From Antedon mediterranea (lineage: Eukaryota > Animalia > Echinodermata), in NCBI RefSeq assembly GCF_964355755.1, contig NC_092671.1:496001-560000 (forward strand): DNA of 64,000 bases. The letters run 5' to 3'. Both the position numbers and the translations under genes were made by a program. Each line of letters opens with the position of its first letter. The stretch's first letter is position 1. Of this stretch, positions 27,854 to 40,000 are shown piece by piece. The notes beneath the pieces were generated by a model. The model made no database searches. It was not told the origin of the DNA and saw nothing but the letters and a program-made list of their open reading frames with translations.

Positions 27854-30800
27854 TTAAAACGTTTTTGCAATTGGAAGTGTATTATACTTCAAAGATACGC
27901 CCATGTGTATCAGATTATTTTGAAGCGTCTCGATATCTTTGTCTAGTTTGTTCAACCCCTCCTGGAAAATGTACTCATCTTGTGAAGTTACCGATGACAA
28001 TGTACTCTCAGTTATGTTACTTAAGTCTGTCAACTTAAAAGTGTTTATTGGTGAGGTCGAAGAAACAAGCAATCTATCAAGATGTGAATCAGTAAATGAG
28101 ACATGGGCTGGTCTCTTGTGCTGATGATCTTGTCTCTTATGTGCAAGATGGTCTAATAATGAGACATGGGCTGGTCTCTTGTGCTGATGATCTTGTCTCT
28201 TATGTGCAAGATGGTCTAATAATGAGACATGGGCTGGTCTCTTGTGCTGATGATCTTGTCTCTTATGTGCAAGATGGTCTAATAATGAGACATGGGCTGG
28301 TCTCTTGTGCTGATGATCTTGTCTCTTATGTGCAAGATGGTCTAATGTTGTATCCATAGGAAGTTCATACCCCACATGTGAAATACAACTTATGTGTTGT
28401 TCCTCATATTCATCTTTGTCTTCTTCAGCATGCATGCCATTGTAGTCTAAATCACCATGCAACAATTTGTCTCTATGTAATATTTCGTCTTGTGAATCAT
28501 AAGAACTTTCTAAAATCCAATCTTTTACATCGTGTGGAGGACTGACCTTGAGGTTAAGAGGTGCAGTTGATTCTAATGAAGTCATGTGAGGTATTTTAAA
28601 GTTTGGCATTTCTCTTATATCATCTGAAACAGATTCTCCTTGTGTTTGGTTAGCTAGACTATTTCTGGTTCCAAGTTTTTCTTTTGGGTTAGAATCAAAT
28701 GTCCTGAATTTCGGTAGTGGTTTTTTAAAGCGATCTGCCGCAGATGTGACTTCTGACATCTTTGGAACAGGATGTTTTACAGGACGCTCCTTTAGATCTC
28801 TTAGAAGCGACGATATTGTGTACTGCAAATTTCTGTTTAACAAATAAGATAATATAACCTAAAATGATTAGCTAGTAAACATAAAAAAGACAGTTTGAGC
28901 TCTGTCTACATTATCAAACTAGTTTGACAAAAAAGTTTTATGTGTTCATATATATGGTTGGTAGTAATATGATGTCATTTCACATATTTTTGTCACTTAA
29001 AGATATTGTAGACAGAGATTTATATCCAAATCTGTATCCAAAACAGATTTTGCCATTATATGGCTTTGGTAGTTTAATTGGCATGACCTACTCATTGATT
29101 TCTTTCATTCGTTTAATTTCTCCATCTCTCTGATTTATACACAAATCTTTAATGTTACATTCCTTCTTTTTTGCTTCCAGTTGAAGTTGTGTTGACTTGA
29201 GATCCAGTTTATTTTGACTAAGTTGTTTGTGTAATGTATCACACTCTTTCTGTAAGGCATCAGTCTTTGCCTGAATAAAGATAATGTTCTATCAAAGTTT
29301 TGAATCATGCATTTTTTAATAGACATCTTGTATCTAGTTACTGTCATGTTCAGCAGGGATATGGCCCAGAGGTTGCCCCAGAGCATAAGCAGCCCCAATG
29401 CAACTACCCATTGTTGAAAGGTCCCTTAGGTGTGCTAAATCAGAGGGTCCTTTGTGTTACGCCACTGGGGTAACACCACGCTCACGGTGTGCAACTAGCA
29501 ATTCTATATAATTTCGTTTCGTTTCGTTTCGTTTATTTATTTTTTCCACTCACTTATATATATATATATATATATCATTTACATTTCCATAATGGATGGA
29601 AGTCACAGTAAGTTCACTGAACTTTAAGTCGTGACTCCCGTATGCCTAAGTATACTAACATTGCTACAGAGTAGACTAAAATATGAATATATAATAGTGA
29701 AAGTACATAAAATAAAGAAATAAAAAAAATTTAAATTATAGAAGTTAAGATAAACCAGGCAATTATATAATATATGATAAAAGGGATAATGATAACAATT
29801 AGAGTACAATATGAAATATAATTAAATATGGTATAATAACAAGTATAACGATACAATGTAGCGGAGATTATTGAATACCAGGGTGAAGGATTTAATGCCA
29901 TGTATCACCACCAAATAAATAAGGATAAAAAATCGGCGAAAAATTATGTAGCATATTCTGACACCATTTTGTGTTTGAAATTAGATTTAAAACTAGAAAA
30001 GGAAGATTTCTGTTTAAGTTCATTTGAGAGTGAAGTCCAAAGTTTGGGACCAAAATAATACATAGAAAATCGTCGAGCCTTAACATTTAAATTATCAAGG
30101 ATATAATTGTTAACAGAGGATCGGGTTTTATAGGAATGGCGTTCGTCAATTCTTGTAAATAAAGCATTAAAATGTGAAGGCAGTAAATTGTTAGATAAAC
30201 GGTACATAAATGAGGCAACTTGTAATTTATTTAAATCATAAATGTTTAAAACGTTAAATCTTTTAAAAAGTAATTTTGTATGGGCTCTAAATGATTCTCC
30301 CGCGCAAATCCGAAGTGCACGTTTTTGTAGTTTAAAAAGGCGGTCAATTTGAGTTTTCTCTAGACTTGTCCAGGGGCATAACATATTAAATTTATCTAGA
30401 GTAATTGCCCAACATAAATTGGCATAAGAAAGGTAAGGCAAAACTAAAGTATTATAAAGGGTTAATAAGGTTTTTTGAGGGAAGATATGTTTTAATTTGT
30501 TCAATATTCCAACATTTCTAGAAACTAGATTACTGATTTTATTTATATGTAGTTTCCAAGTCAGAGAGGCATCTATGGTTACTCCTAAAAATTGTGTTTC
30601 ATTAACTCGTTTGATCATTTTATTATCAATGTATATTTGTTCATTTAAAGAATTTGAAATTTTACGTTTAGAAAATATTATATATTTGATTTGATTTGAT
30701 TTATTTCGGCATCAGTACATAAAATATCACAGACATACAATTAAAATTGACAAATATAAAAATACCAAAATAAAACAAGGATGCCAAGGATAACTCATAA

Positions 30801-33791
30801 AAGTCCTCTACGGACTTGTTTCCAATGAGGTCCTTATAGTTCGTTTTGAATGTATTAAGAGTTAATTTATTGTGTTTGAGCCAATTTGAAACTTTAAGTA
30901 ACTCATCATTGACAATTTTAAACAAGGTATTTAATTTAGGATGAAAGAAAAAAATATTTGTGTCGTCAGCAAATAAGATAAAATTTAGTAATTTAGAGCT
31001 GTTTGGTATATCGTTAACAAAAATCAGGAATAAGAGTGGTCCAAGAATCGATCCTTGGGGAACACCACAGGTTAAACGGGAATAGGAAGAGTTAAAATTA
31101 TTTAAGGAAGTAAACTGAACACGATTGGAAAGGTAGCTTTTAATTAGTTTTAAAGGAAGGCCTCTGATACCGTAATTTGAAAGTTTATGAATTAAAATAT
31201 CGTGGTTAATAGTATCGAAGGCCTTAGATAAATCAAGGAAAATGCCAACAGAAAACTCATTTTTACTCAGGGCAATTGTAATTTTGTCAAAAATATCTAA
31301 TAAAGCAAGATTGTTTTATACTGAATACTTTTTCCTGAAACCATATTGGCCTTTAAATAAAATGTTATGTTTAGTTAAAAAGGAAGAAATTCGATTATGC
31401 ATTATTTTTTCAATTAATTTTGAGAAACAAGGAAGTAGGGAGATTGGTCTGTAGTTATTGAAATGATGAGGATCTTCTTTCTTGTAGATAGGGATGACTT
31501 TAGCTATTTTAAAAGATTGTAAAATAATTGTACCATTTCTGCTTCTAGAACTTTTTAGTACCACATTTAAAACATTGATATCGCATCTACAAACGGTTTC
31601 TTACCATATTTTCTCCACTAGATACATCCTGTTCAGTTTTTGTTTCATCATTTTCTTTTTTCAGTTTATCTATGACCTTTGCAGCATCTTTAAGTTTGAT
31701 TTGTAGAACTTCTATGAATGCCTTTGAACTCAATACTAGATTTAGTTAGGAAATAAATCAAATTTTTGACTTCAATACAACAAAATCAGTACTGTGTATT
31801 TATAGTTAATTAAACGTCACATATTCTATTTATAACATGAAATTAGGAACCAAATTTCTTGAGTAACGAGATGTTGTGATATAGCCATGAAGCTATAGTA
31901 TTAAGTACATACTTACATTCCAAATTTGGATTATCTTGATCCTTCAATTGACTGTCTATATCTCGGATTCTCTGATTTGCAATTCGTAATTTGCGCCGCA
32001 GATGGCAATTCTCATTGCGGAGAGGTTGAAGAGCGAGCTCAGTCTCTGTGGATGTTGAAGGTGTCACGTTTGTAGAATAAGGAATTGTGTTTAATGTTTG
32101 ATCCATTTCACTCAACAATCGCTGGGTTTCAACATCACCTAACAGAAAGATAAGATTTAACTTTCAATGCCACATTAGAATACACAGACTTATATAGTAT
32201 ATTGCTATTAATTATAGATTTGATGCAAACTAAAGGGTCTTCACACCTGTTCCAGCAAATCAAACATCAATTTTCACGACGCTTCACATGGCTATGCGAC
32301 AATCGATATGCGCGTGGCCGTGTGAAAATGAAACATTGTCGTTTAAACGCTGGCGGACCCATGCCGCAACAGGTGTGAAAAACCCTTGAGTGTAGATTGT
32401 GGCACTGGTTTGACCCCATCCCTACTTATATAGTTAAGTACCAAACCCAGTATTAACAAAAATATAGAAACCTTACCATTATCTTGCAGTAATGCATGAA
32501 GTTCATTCAAAAGGTATTTAGCTGTTCTTATTTGATTTCCACAATGCTTTGCCGCAGTTGGAGGAGGAACGCTACACCCCCTACTAGACAAGTGTTGATC
32601 CCCATCATTTGTAGGCGTCAAATTCCCTTCATCATCTGTACCATTTTCTTCTACAGTATCGTCATCTTGTTTATAGTTTGACCTAATTGACTGTTGACTG
32701 TTTGGTTTGATCAAATCTTTGTTTTGGTTGTTAGACTGCTTCTTAGATTCTGTTACTGATGGTTTTAAAACAGTGCATGGGATGACCTTCTTTTTCTGCT
32801 TTAGCTTAGGATGCTTTTGTTGCTGTTTTCCTTGATGCTTGTTTGATACTTGCTGCTTTGCTTTAAGTCTGTTTTGTTTCTTTCCTTCTTGATTCTCATC
32901 AACCTCTTGTATATTACTCTGTGTTCCATGTACTTTATGCATCTTTTCTTGGGTTAAATTTTCATGCTTAGGTTTCTTAGTAGGAGTGGAAGTCACAAGA
33001 CGCCGGTGAAATGCAGTAACATCCTTCGAACCAACTTTATCTATTGATTTTTTCTCTTGTTTACTAATAATGCTTTTGTTTTTAGTGATGCCAGGTTGTT
33101 GACTGATCACATTGTTAGAATTGTATTTGCACTGAGAAAGAGATATTTCCCCTAAAAATAAAATATAATACAGTATACATATATATCAAATAAATACATC
33201 TTAATGAATGGTACTATTTTGTTTTTAATGTTTAAAATACTGTGCAATCATTTCATCTAAGTCTGATGTAAAACTAGACTTTGACCGATATAAAAGTGGA
33301 CATTGACGAATCTAAAACTCCACTTTGACCAATGTTACCTTCAAGAATGTTAGCAAGAAGAGCAGCACATCGGTCAAGTCCTTTGGTTGTCATGGAAACT
33401 TGATCCTCAGAGTCTGTTGAATATAGTGAATACCCTGGAGTAGTTTCTTGAACATCTCTTAATAAAGATGAGATATGAGAGTAGTTATTATTAATATTAT
33501 TTGTTAATGTTATACAGTATTGAAATAGTGTAAGCATAAACATATATTGGATACTTTTCTAATTTGTTGTCAAAAGTACTTACCTTCTGTTTTTAGGAAT
33601 TTTTTTAACAGCTAATCCTCTTGAGATCAGAGATTCTTTACTTGACTATATTAATATAAAATAGGCCCTAGTAAATATTTTATGAGAAATGCATATGAAA
33701 TGTATCATGTAGGCCTAATACATGTATTATTTAAAAATGGAATGATTAAATTCACCTTTGAGCCAGATGATTTCCTTGATGTTTTCTTCAT
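27854..33791 (-). CDS. CCDC14: Coiled-coil domain-containing protein 14-like (centriolar satellite protein), 8 coding exons, about 800 aa
   Basis: Exons 33791-33756, 33645-33584, 33457-33339 (GYSLYSTDSEDQV..GLDRCAALLANIL), 33151-32477 (IRTAKYLLNELHALL), 32138-31917 (ELALQPLRNENCHLRRKLRIANQ), 31735-31605, 29270-29092 (QRDGEIKRMKE), 28832-27854. Total 2403 nt, in frame. These blocks match CCDC14 segments I recall (GYSIHSDSE..GLDGCASLL; LAMQPLRSENAQLRRQLRILNQ; QRDAEV). The start codon is less certain. Confidence 0.85.
28096..28347. repeat. 63-bp coding tandem repeat x4 in the last CCDC14 exon
   Basis: Encodes (LDHLAHKRQDHQHKRPAHVSL)x4 in frame on the minus strand. Confidence 0.95.
28897..29019. 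mobile_element. MITE family A, copy 2
   Basis: gagctctgtctacattatcaaact ... gatattgtagacagaga. Confidence 0.7.
29513..31520 (-). mobile_element. 5'-truncated non-LTR retrotransposon (CR1/L2-group RT) in a CCDC14 intron
   Basis: KIAKVIPIYKK..NYRPISLLPCFSKLIEK..QYGFRK (then an in-frame stop)..GVPQGSILGPLLFLIFVND..LFADDT..FLGVTIDASLTWK. The 3' tail is AATAAA then (GAAAC)n at about 29513-29545. Interrupted at 30684-30836. Confidence 0.9.
30684..30836 (-). mobile_element. About 150-bp 3' tail of a second LINE family nested in the RT ORF
   Basis: Near-identical to 53290-53441 including the (ATCAA)n tail. Flanked by a TAT(A) duplication; removing it restores KTNYIIFSKRK. Confidence 0.9.
32234..32387. 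mobile_element. Small Harbinger-like MITE
   Basis: taa|AGGGTCTTCACACCTGTT ... AACAGGTGTGAAAAACCCT|tga. Confidence 0.65.
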
Positions 33792-34671
33792 CTTGCTAAC
33801 TGTACTTTGATGGTATTGACTTCAACCAGATAAACAAGACGCCATCATCATAGAATACATTGAGTACATTCTCTAGGCTACAGTACTACTAGCCTACTAG
33901 CCTACTTACTACTTGCTTGAAAGTGTCTTTTCTGTCTTCTTCATTTATTCATTCTGTTTATAAAAAAAAATTGCATTTGGTAATCATTAATTGTTTGTAT
34001 ATTATAATTTCTATTCTTTGCTTTACAATAATGCTTATTCAACTTGAATGTGAAACAATTTGTTTCTGTCTGCATCCCTAATTAATATAATAATAAAACC
34101 ATAGGCCATAGTCTATAGAGGCTAGCCCCACCAAACAACAAACAGTGCCAGGCCTAGCTTCTAATTTATATCTAAACTATTCATTTTAATCTTCTATCTT
34201 TTGCACAGTAGTTTTAACATAAGATCCATGTCGAATTATCCATATATATTAAAAAAGAACATTAAACATGTATCAAAACAAATAATTTTACCGTAATATT
34301 ATTTTGTCGTCAAATTCCGTATTTCAATTTCGCAGACTTTTAAAGACTGCCCTCTATAATAACTCCGATGAAACGCCAACAATGCAATAATAGATTTCAC
34401 AATCCGTATTTTCGTCATTCAGTTTTAATTAAAAATAAACATGATTAGAATGTTTATCTGAATTTCTTATCTGATTCTCTTATTCTGAATATCACAAATA
34501 TGTTCAATTTATACAGTATCAATAAAATTATTTACAAATTAGATATTAACTTCTGAAGGATATGTTTTATAAATAAACATACATTTATATTATAATCAAA
34601 TATAATATACAGTATTTATGAAGAATTTCTAACAAAATTTAATTATATATTATTGAGATTCATTAAAACAA

Positions 34672-35771
34672 CTATATTTGATCATTATTTTTATAAGCAT
34701 AAATGACATCAAAATGTGTCTTTTCATCTCTGCCCAGTTCAGATTTCCTCTCCACATTCTGAAAGCCTGCTTGATTCAATCCATCAATATATCTCTCTGG
34801 TTTCCAAACTCCAGGAGGTAAAAATCCTCTGGCTTCAGCCGTAACTAAGCGTTCATAAACAAACGTTGTTATCATTAAACCACCAGGCTTAAGTACACGG
34901 TAAAGTTCTTTTGTTGCAGCATTCATGTCAGGCCAAAAATAATAACAATTTGTGTGAAGAATTCTGTGCATTGAGCCATCTTGAAACGGTAGTGAAGCCA
35001 CATCACCAAATTGTACCTCAGCTTTGCCTCGTTTTATCTCTTCTGACAGCCGATTGGTTGCTTCTTCAACCATTGACTGTGAAAAGTCTACACCATAAAC
35101 TTTTCCACTTCCTATTCCAAAATGAGAACAAATTTAATTTTACAAATGCAAAACATTTTTTTCAGTTCAGTTCAATTATTAGGATTCAGCTACAAAGTTC
35201 ATTTTGATGAATTACCACAAAGGAACTTAAGCTAGTTTGACAACAAAAGTGTGATGTGGCCAAATATAGTAGTAATATGACATCATCGTGTCCATGCCGG
35301 CACATCACATTATTTTGTCGCATAAAGTTTGATAATGTAGACAAAGCTTTACACAATCAATACTAAAAGATACCTGTTTTAATAATATCAGCCACAGCAG
35401 CCATGCCTATCCCTGGTCCAAAGCCTACTTCCAACACATGGTGATCAGGTTCAACGCTACACGCCCCAACAGCATGTGTTATCACGTCACTATTCTTCTT
35501 CTTCAAAAGTTTCTGTCACAATTGAAAAATATTATTTGTAGAAAATGGTCACATAGTAATGCATTAAAACATAACATATTGTTTCAAGTTTGTATAAATT
35601 TCAAAATTTATCATTATCAAAAATATTGATGTTGATCTGTGTCCAAATTTGACCTTGATCTTAGAAATAGCCGGTTACAAATGGTTGAAATGAACATACC
35701 GATATGATCCATCCTGTTAATCCACTACCAGGTTTTCTTAAATTGTCTGCAATAACATCTGTCAAGCCCAT
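34672..35771 (-). CDS. Class I SAM-dependent methyltransferase (Methyltransf_11-type), 3 coding exons, 216 aa
   Basis: Exons 35771-35700 (MGLTDVIADNLRKPGSGLTGWIIS), 35512-35374 (motif I VLEVGFGPG), 35111-34672 (VYGVDFS..GDVASLPF..ELYRVLKPGG). A probable non-coding first exon has its donor near 36184. Confidence 0.9.
35230..35349. mobile_element. MITE family A, copy 3 (left end eroded)
   Basis: ctagtttgacaacaaaagtgtgatgtg ... agtttgataatgtagacaaagctt. Confidence 0.7.
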
Positions 35772-37097
35772 GATCTAAATAAAAAGATGACAAATATTCT
35801 AACGTTATACAGTAATACTATTACTTAATATGGTACTCCTCATTTTACTCGCAAGTATATTAGATTAGAAATAAATATAGATTATGTTTCATTTGGCGTT
35901 TCATACGACAACAGATACTACTTCCGTTTCCATCTAGTAGGCCTATGTTGTTGATGCAAATCCAGGGCAAAGTGTCCATCACACCCATCATCCATGCGTG
36001 TTTAATGCCTGCCAGTTTTGGCCTACATGGTAGTTTGTAGGCATACTCTGTAGCCACGGTGGTAGAACACCTACAGTACTTTTACTTTATTTTGTTATTA
36101 TGCAATGTTTATCTATCATTGTAGACTACTACAACTTACTACCCTATACTAGAGGCCATAAAAATACAAATTTACTGTACTTACCACAACACTTTTCAGC
36201 AGTAAATACGCGCCACCATATCGCCCTCTTTCGTTTGGAGGCCACAAAGCAAGATGTTACTATGGAACGTCGTTAGTGCCTTTAATAATTTTAGTCCCAA
36301 TGTATAAGAAAGTTCCAAAACACTACACTCTTGACATATGTTACTGTATACAAAAATATTAGTTATGTAGAAAAGTTTATTTCCAATAAAACAAAATACA
36401 AAAATAACTAATAACTTTAGATGTTCGATCTTATGCATGATTTACATAATAAGTGATAGCTGTATAATAAAATAATTAGTAAATGACTGCTGTCCCCTAT
36501 TTTTAAAACACAATTATGGACACTTCCCACAATTTATTAAAATCTTTTTTATCCTATATAATTATATTATTCCATCTTTTTAAAATAAGTATTACAAATA
36601 ATTTATAATTGAGCATTAAAACTATGTCACATCCAACATATCTTGAAATTATCACTTATCAACATATAAGTATAGATTATAAAATTATGTTGTTACAGAT
36701 TCAGTAACACAAACACAATAGTTATAATAAGTTTAAATAAAGGTTAAAAAATAAATGATCTGTATTTACATCAATAAATAAATATCTGCAGTATTTGATT
36801 GAAACAGGATATGTCACCACTCATCCACTTTGTTCAATATATAAAAAAAGAAAGACACATTAGGGCTAATTTTGACAAACACTGTTCCATTTTGCCACGT
36901 CCGACATGGTGTTATTAAGTTTGTAATTTGTCCACACAAGTGGTAACACTTAGTCAAGATCTCATAGCTGGTTACTCCTGTTTAGCTGCTCTTAGCCTAA
37001 ATTTTCTGACTGACTTGCCTAGTCTGCATACTGACTGTTATTATCCTTAATGTAACTTCTAGACTACTGCAGAAGGCAACAACAGTATCATTCTGTT

Positions 37098-40000
37098 CTA
37101 TCTGTATAAATTGTAGGAATAGTGACTTGCTATTGATCCCCGGCCATCATCTGATAAATGGACACTCTGCATATCAGCATCTGGTGACAGAAATTATACA
37201 GCTTAGCAAATAAACTAATCAGTTTACATTGAATGCTTACTTCTTAAACACAGGTTATAATAACAATGAAACTTAAGAGCCATTGTCTGTAAAAATCAAA
37301 GATTTGGTGGCAGATTTAAAAAATGGATTTCTCTCAAATTTTTACCATAAATAGACATTTCAATAAAAAGCATATCTACAACATTCATTTTAATTTTTAG
37401 CCTCCGTTGCCATGACAACGGCCAATTATCCAAATTTTGATGTTTTTGCCATTTTTCACAGATTTTCTATAGTGAAAAAGTACAAACTTGTATACTTATT
37501 TTAACCAAAACTACTTACAGTATACAGTTTTTGTTTATAGCAGTGTAAACAACATGTATTGAGTTCCATTTAATGTAGAAAAAAAATTAATTACAAAGTG
37601 GAGTTTGGTTGATACCATTATTTTAAAAAGGGGTGTTTAAAAAAAATATTTTTTTTATAAAAGTATACCTCATAAACGTACCTATAACTTCCAAAGTGGT
37701 GTTTTTAAATCAATGAGGTTTTTTAATTTGATAGTCAATAGGTTTTTCAACAATAATCACGAAAAAAACACTGGGGTAAATTTCGTACATAGGTTTCGTG
37801 TTGCCAGGAAAATACGAAAAATACAAAAATAATAATAAAATAAAATAATCACAGAAGAAAGTGCTTACGAATATGACCTTGTGAAACGGTAATTTGAAAA
37901 TGCAAATAAGGCATGCCTGCTAATAATCTACAAATTTAAATTTGTATGAGATAAAGAATATCTCATTTTTAGTTACCATAGTAACTGTTGCTATGCATAA
38001 CTAAGGGAAATTAAATAATTATCAGATAATTATTAATTAATAATTAATACTGAATCCAACCATCACAGTAAAAAAAATTTAGAATTTAAAACCAATATTT
38101 AATAATAAAGTGATATTTTACATGCTGACCTTAAATAAAATGAAATTCCAAATAAGGGCTTCAATATTTGTTATGTAGCCTTAACATACATGAGTATATC
38201 ATTGACTTTTGATTGGTTCTATTTTGGGGAGGGGAAAGTGGTGGACCCAGGACTTTTAAATAGTTTGGGGGTTGAAGGCGAGGGTCTAAAAACTTAACTT
38301 TATGTCCTATCTTTTGCATTGCAATTTTTAACTTGGGGTGGGTGGGGGCTTGGAGAAAGGGGAGGGGGTGGGATGGAGGAGTTTGAATCCGTCTATTTAT
38401 TGGGGCGATAGTAGCGGCAGTGTGGGTGGTGCTTGAATGCATGCATTTGACACTCTATAGTGGATGATCAACCAAAGTGTTGCAGTTTTATGGTTATAGT
38501 CGGGGTGGGGGGGATGGTAGTCGAAAGTGGTGGTGGATGGGCATGTGGGATCTGCTTAGGTTAGCAAATAAAAGAAGTAAACAAATGAAAGAGGAGCTTC
38601 AAAATAAGAGAGGAGTAATCTGTTGCAAAGATTAAAATTCACAACGATCTGATAATTTATTCAAATTTCCAGAAGATATAACCTATAAAATGACATTAAA
38701 ACTGGGAACTACAGAATCTATAATTAAAAATTAATTTTTTTTCTCACAACACAACTAGAACTATATAAAACATTAAGAATTTTTCTGACCAATGAGTTTC
38801 AAATCAAATAACCAAAGAAAATAAAATGTTTTTACTAATATACCATGTTTTTTTTTTTATAAAAATGCCTATGTTTCTCGCAACACTGCTTGTAGATTTT
38901 AAATTTACCCCAGTATTTTATTTTAGAAATCAATTATTAAACATTAGAACTACCTATTTGTAATAAATCAGCTAAAAAAATACACCACTTTGGGCGTTAT
39001 GGTGAAGTAAAGTTTAGTTGCATTGAACAATTTAAAAAAAGTGAAAAACACCCCTTTTTAAATAAATGGTATCTCCCAAAGTATGAAATAAAAAAAAACA
39101 AAAAAATTTGAAACAGGTACACAATGCATTGTTATTATGCATACACTAATTCTTTTTTATAATTAAATGAACAAAACAAAAATATCGTTCATCAAAGTAG
39201 TACCAATATCCATTTTAAAAAACCTTAAAAAAGGACAAAATTTGTCAAAAACACAAATTTGGCCGTTGCCATGGAAATATACGTGTGAAATAAAAAATAA
39301 TTCATATTTGATTTCTCTCAACACATATATAGCCATGTGCAAAATTTGAAAGAAATCCATTTTTTTGAGTCTGCCACTCTTTTTGATATTTCTTTGATTC
39401 TTACAGACAATGGCTCTTTAGCAACTCGAAGGCCCGCTTATTTTAAATCAGCATTTATTTATCATATGCCATCTAGAACACTCTGTCAGAGTTACAGATT
39501 AAATTTTTATATTATATATTAATTGTTATCTAAAGGCAAGCTTATGTCAAAACGGAACTCAACTCGAGTGCAACAGCGCTTATGATGACTTTCAGGCCAC
39601 TCTACGAAATTAAGTTAAACTACTGTAGATGTGTGAGCATTTATGTATGGAAAGAAGCTTATGCCAACATTTTTTGTGTGCCTGTCAGTTGCTTCCAGTG
39701 GCTAGGAATGTTTATGTCGACTCAGTTGAGTTGAGTTCCATGTCGACATAAGCACACCTTAAAAGGTTGGCAAAAGATGACCATTACCAGCTGCATTGCA
39801 CAAATTTCCACATTGATTTCTTACCAAATATAAAGTCATCCAGATCTTCAAAGATTCCCTGAGATGATCTGCTAAGATTTGGAAGAGTTAATGAAGAATA
39901 AGTGGAACTCCTTCTGTTGTATGGCTGATACTGATCAACAGCAAAATTAAATGATAAAGCTACAGAAAAAAAAAAAAAAATTAATAATAATTAAAGTTTG

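Noticed and set aside
38335-38375. G-quadruplex-capable run
   Set aside because: It lies inside a transposon and nothing in the sequence supports a function.
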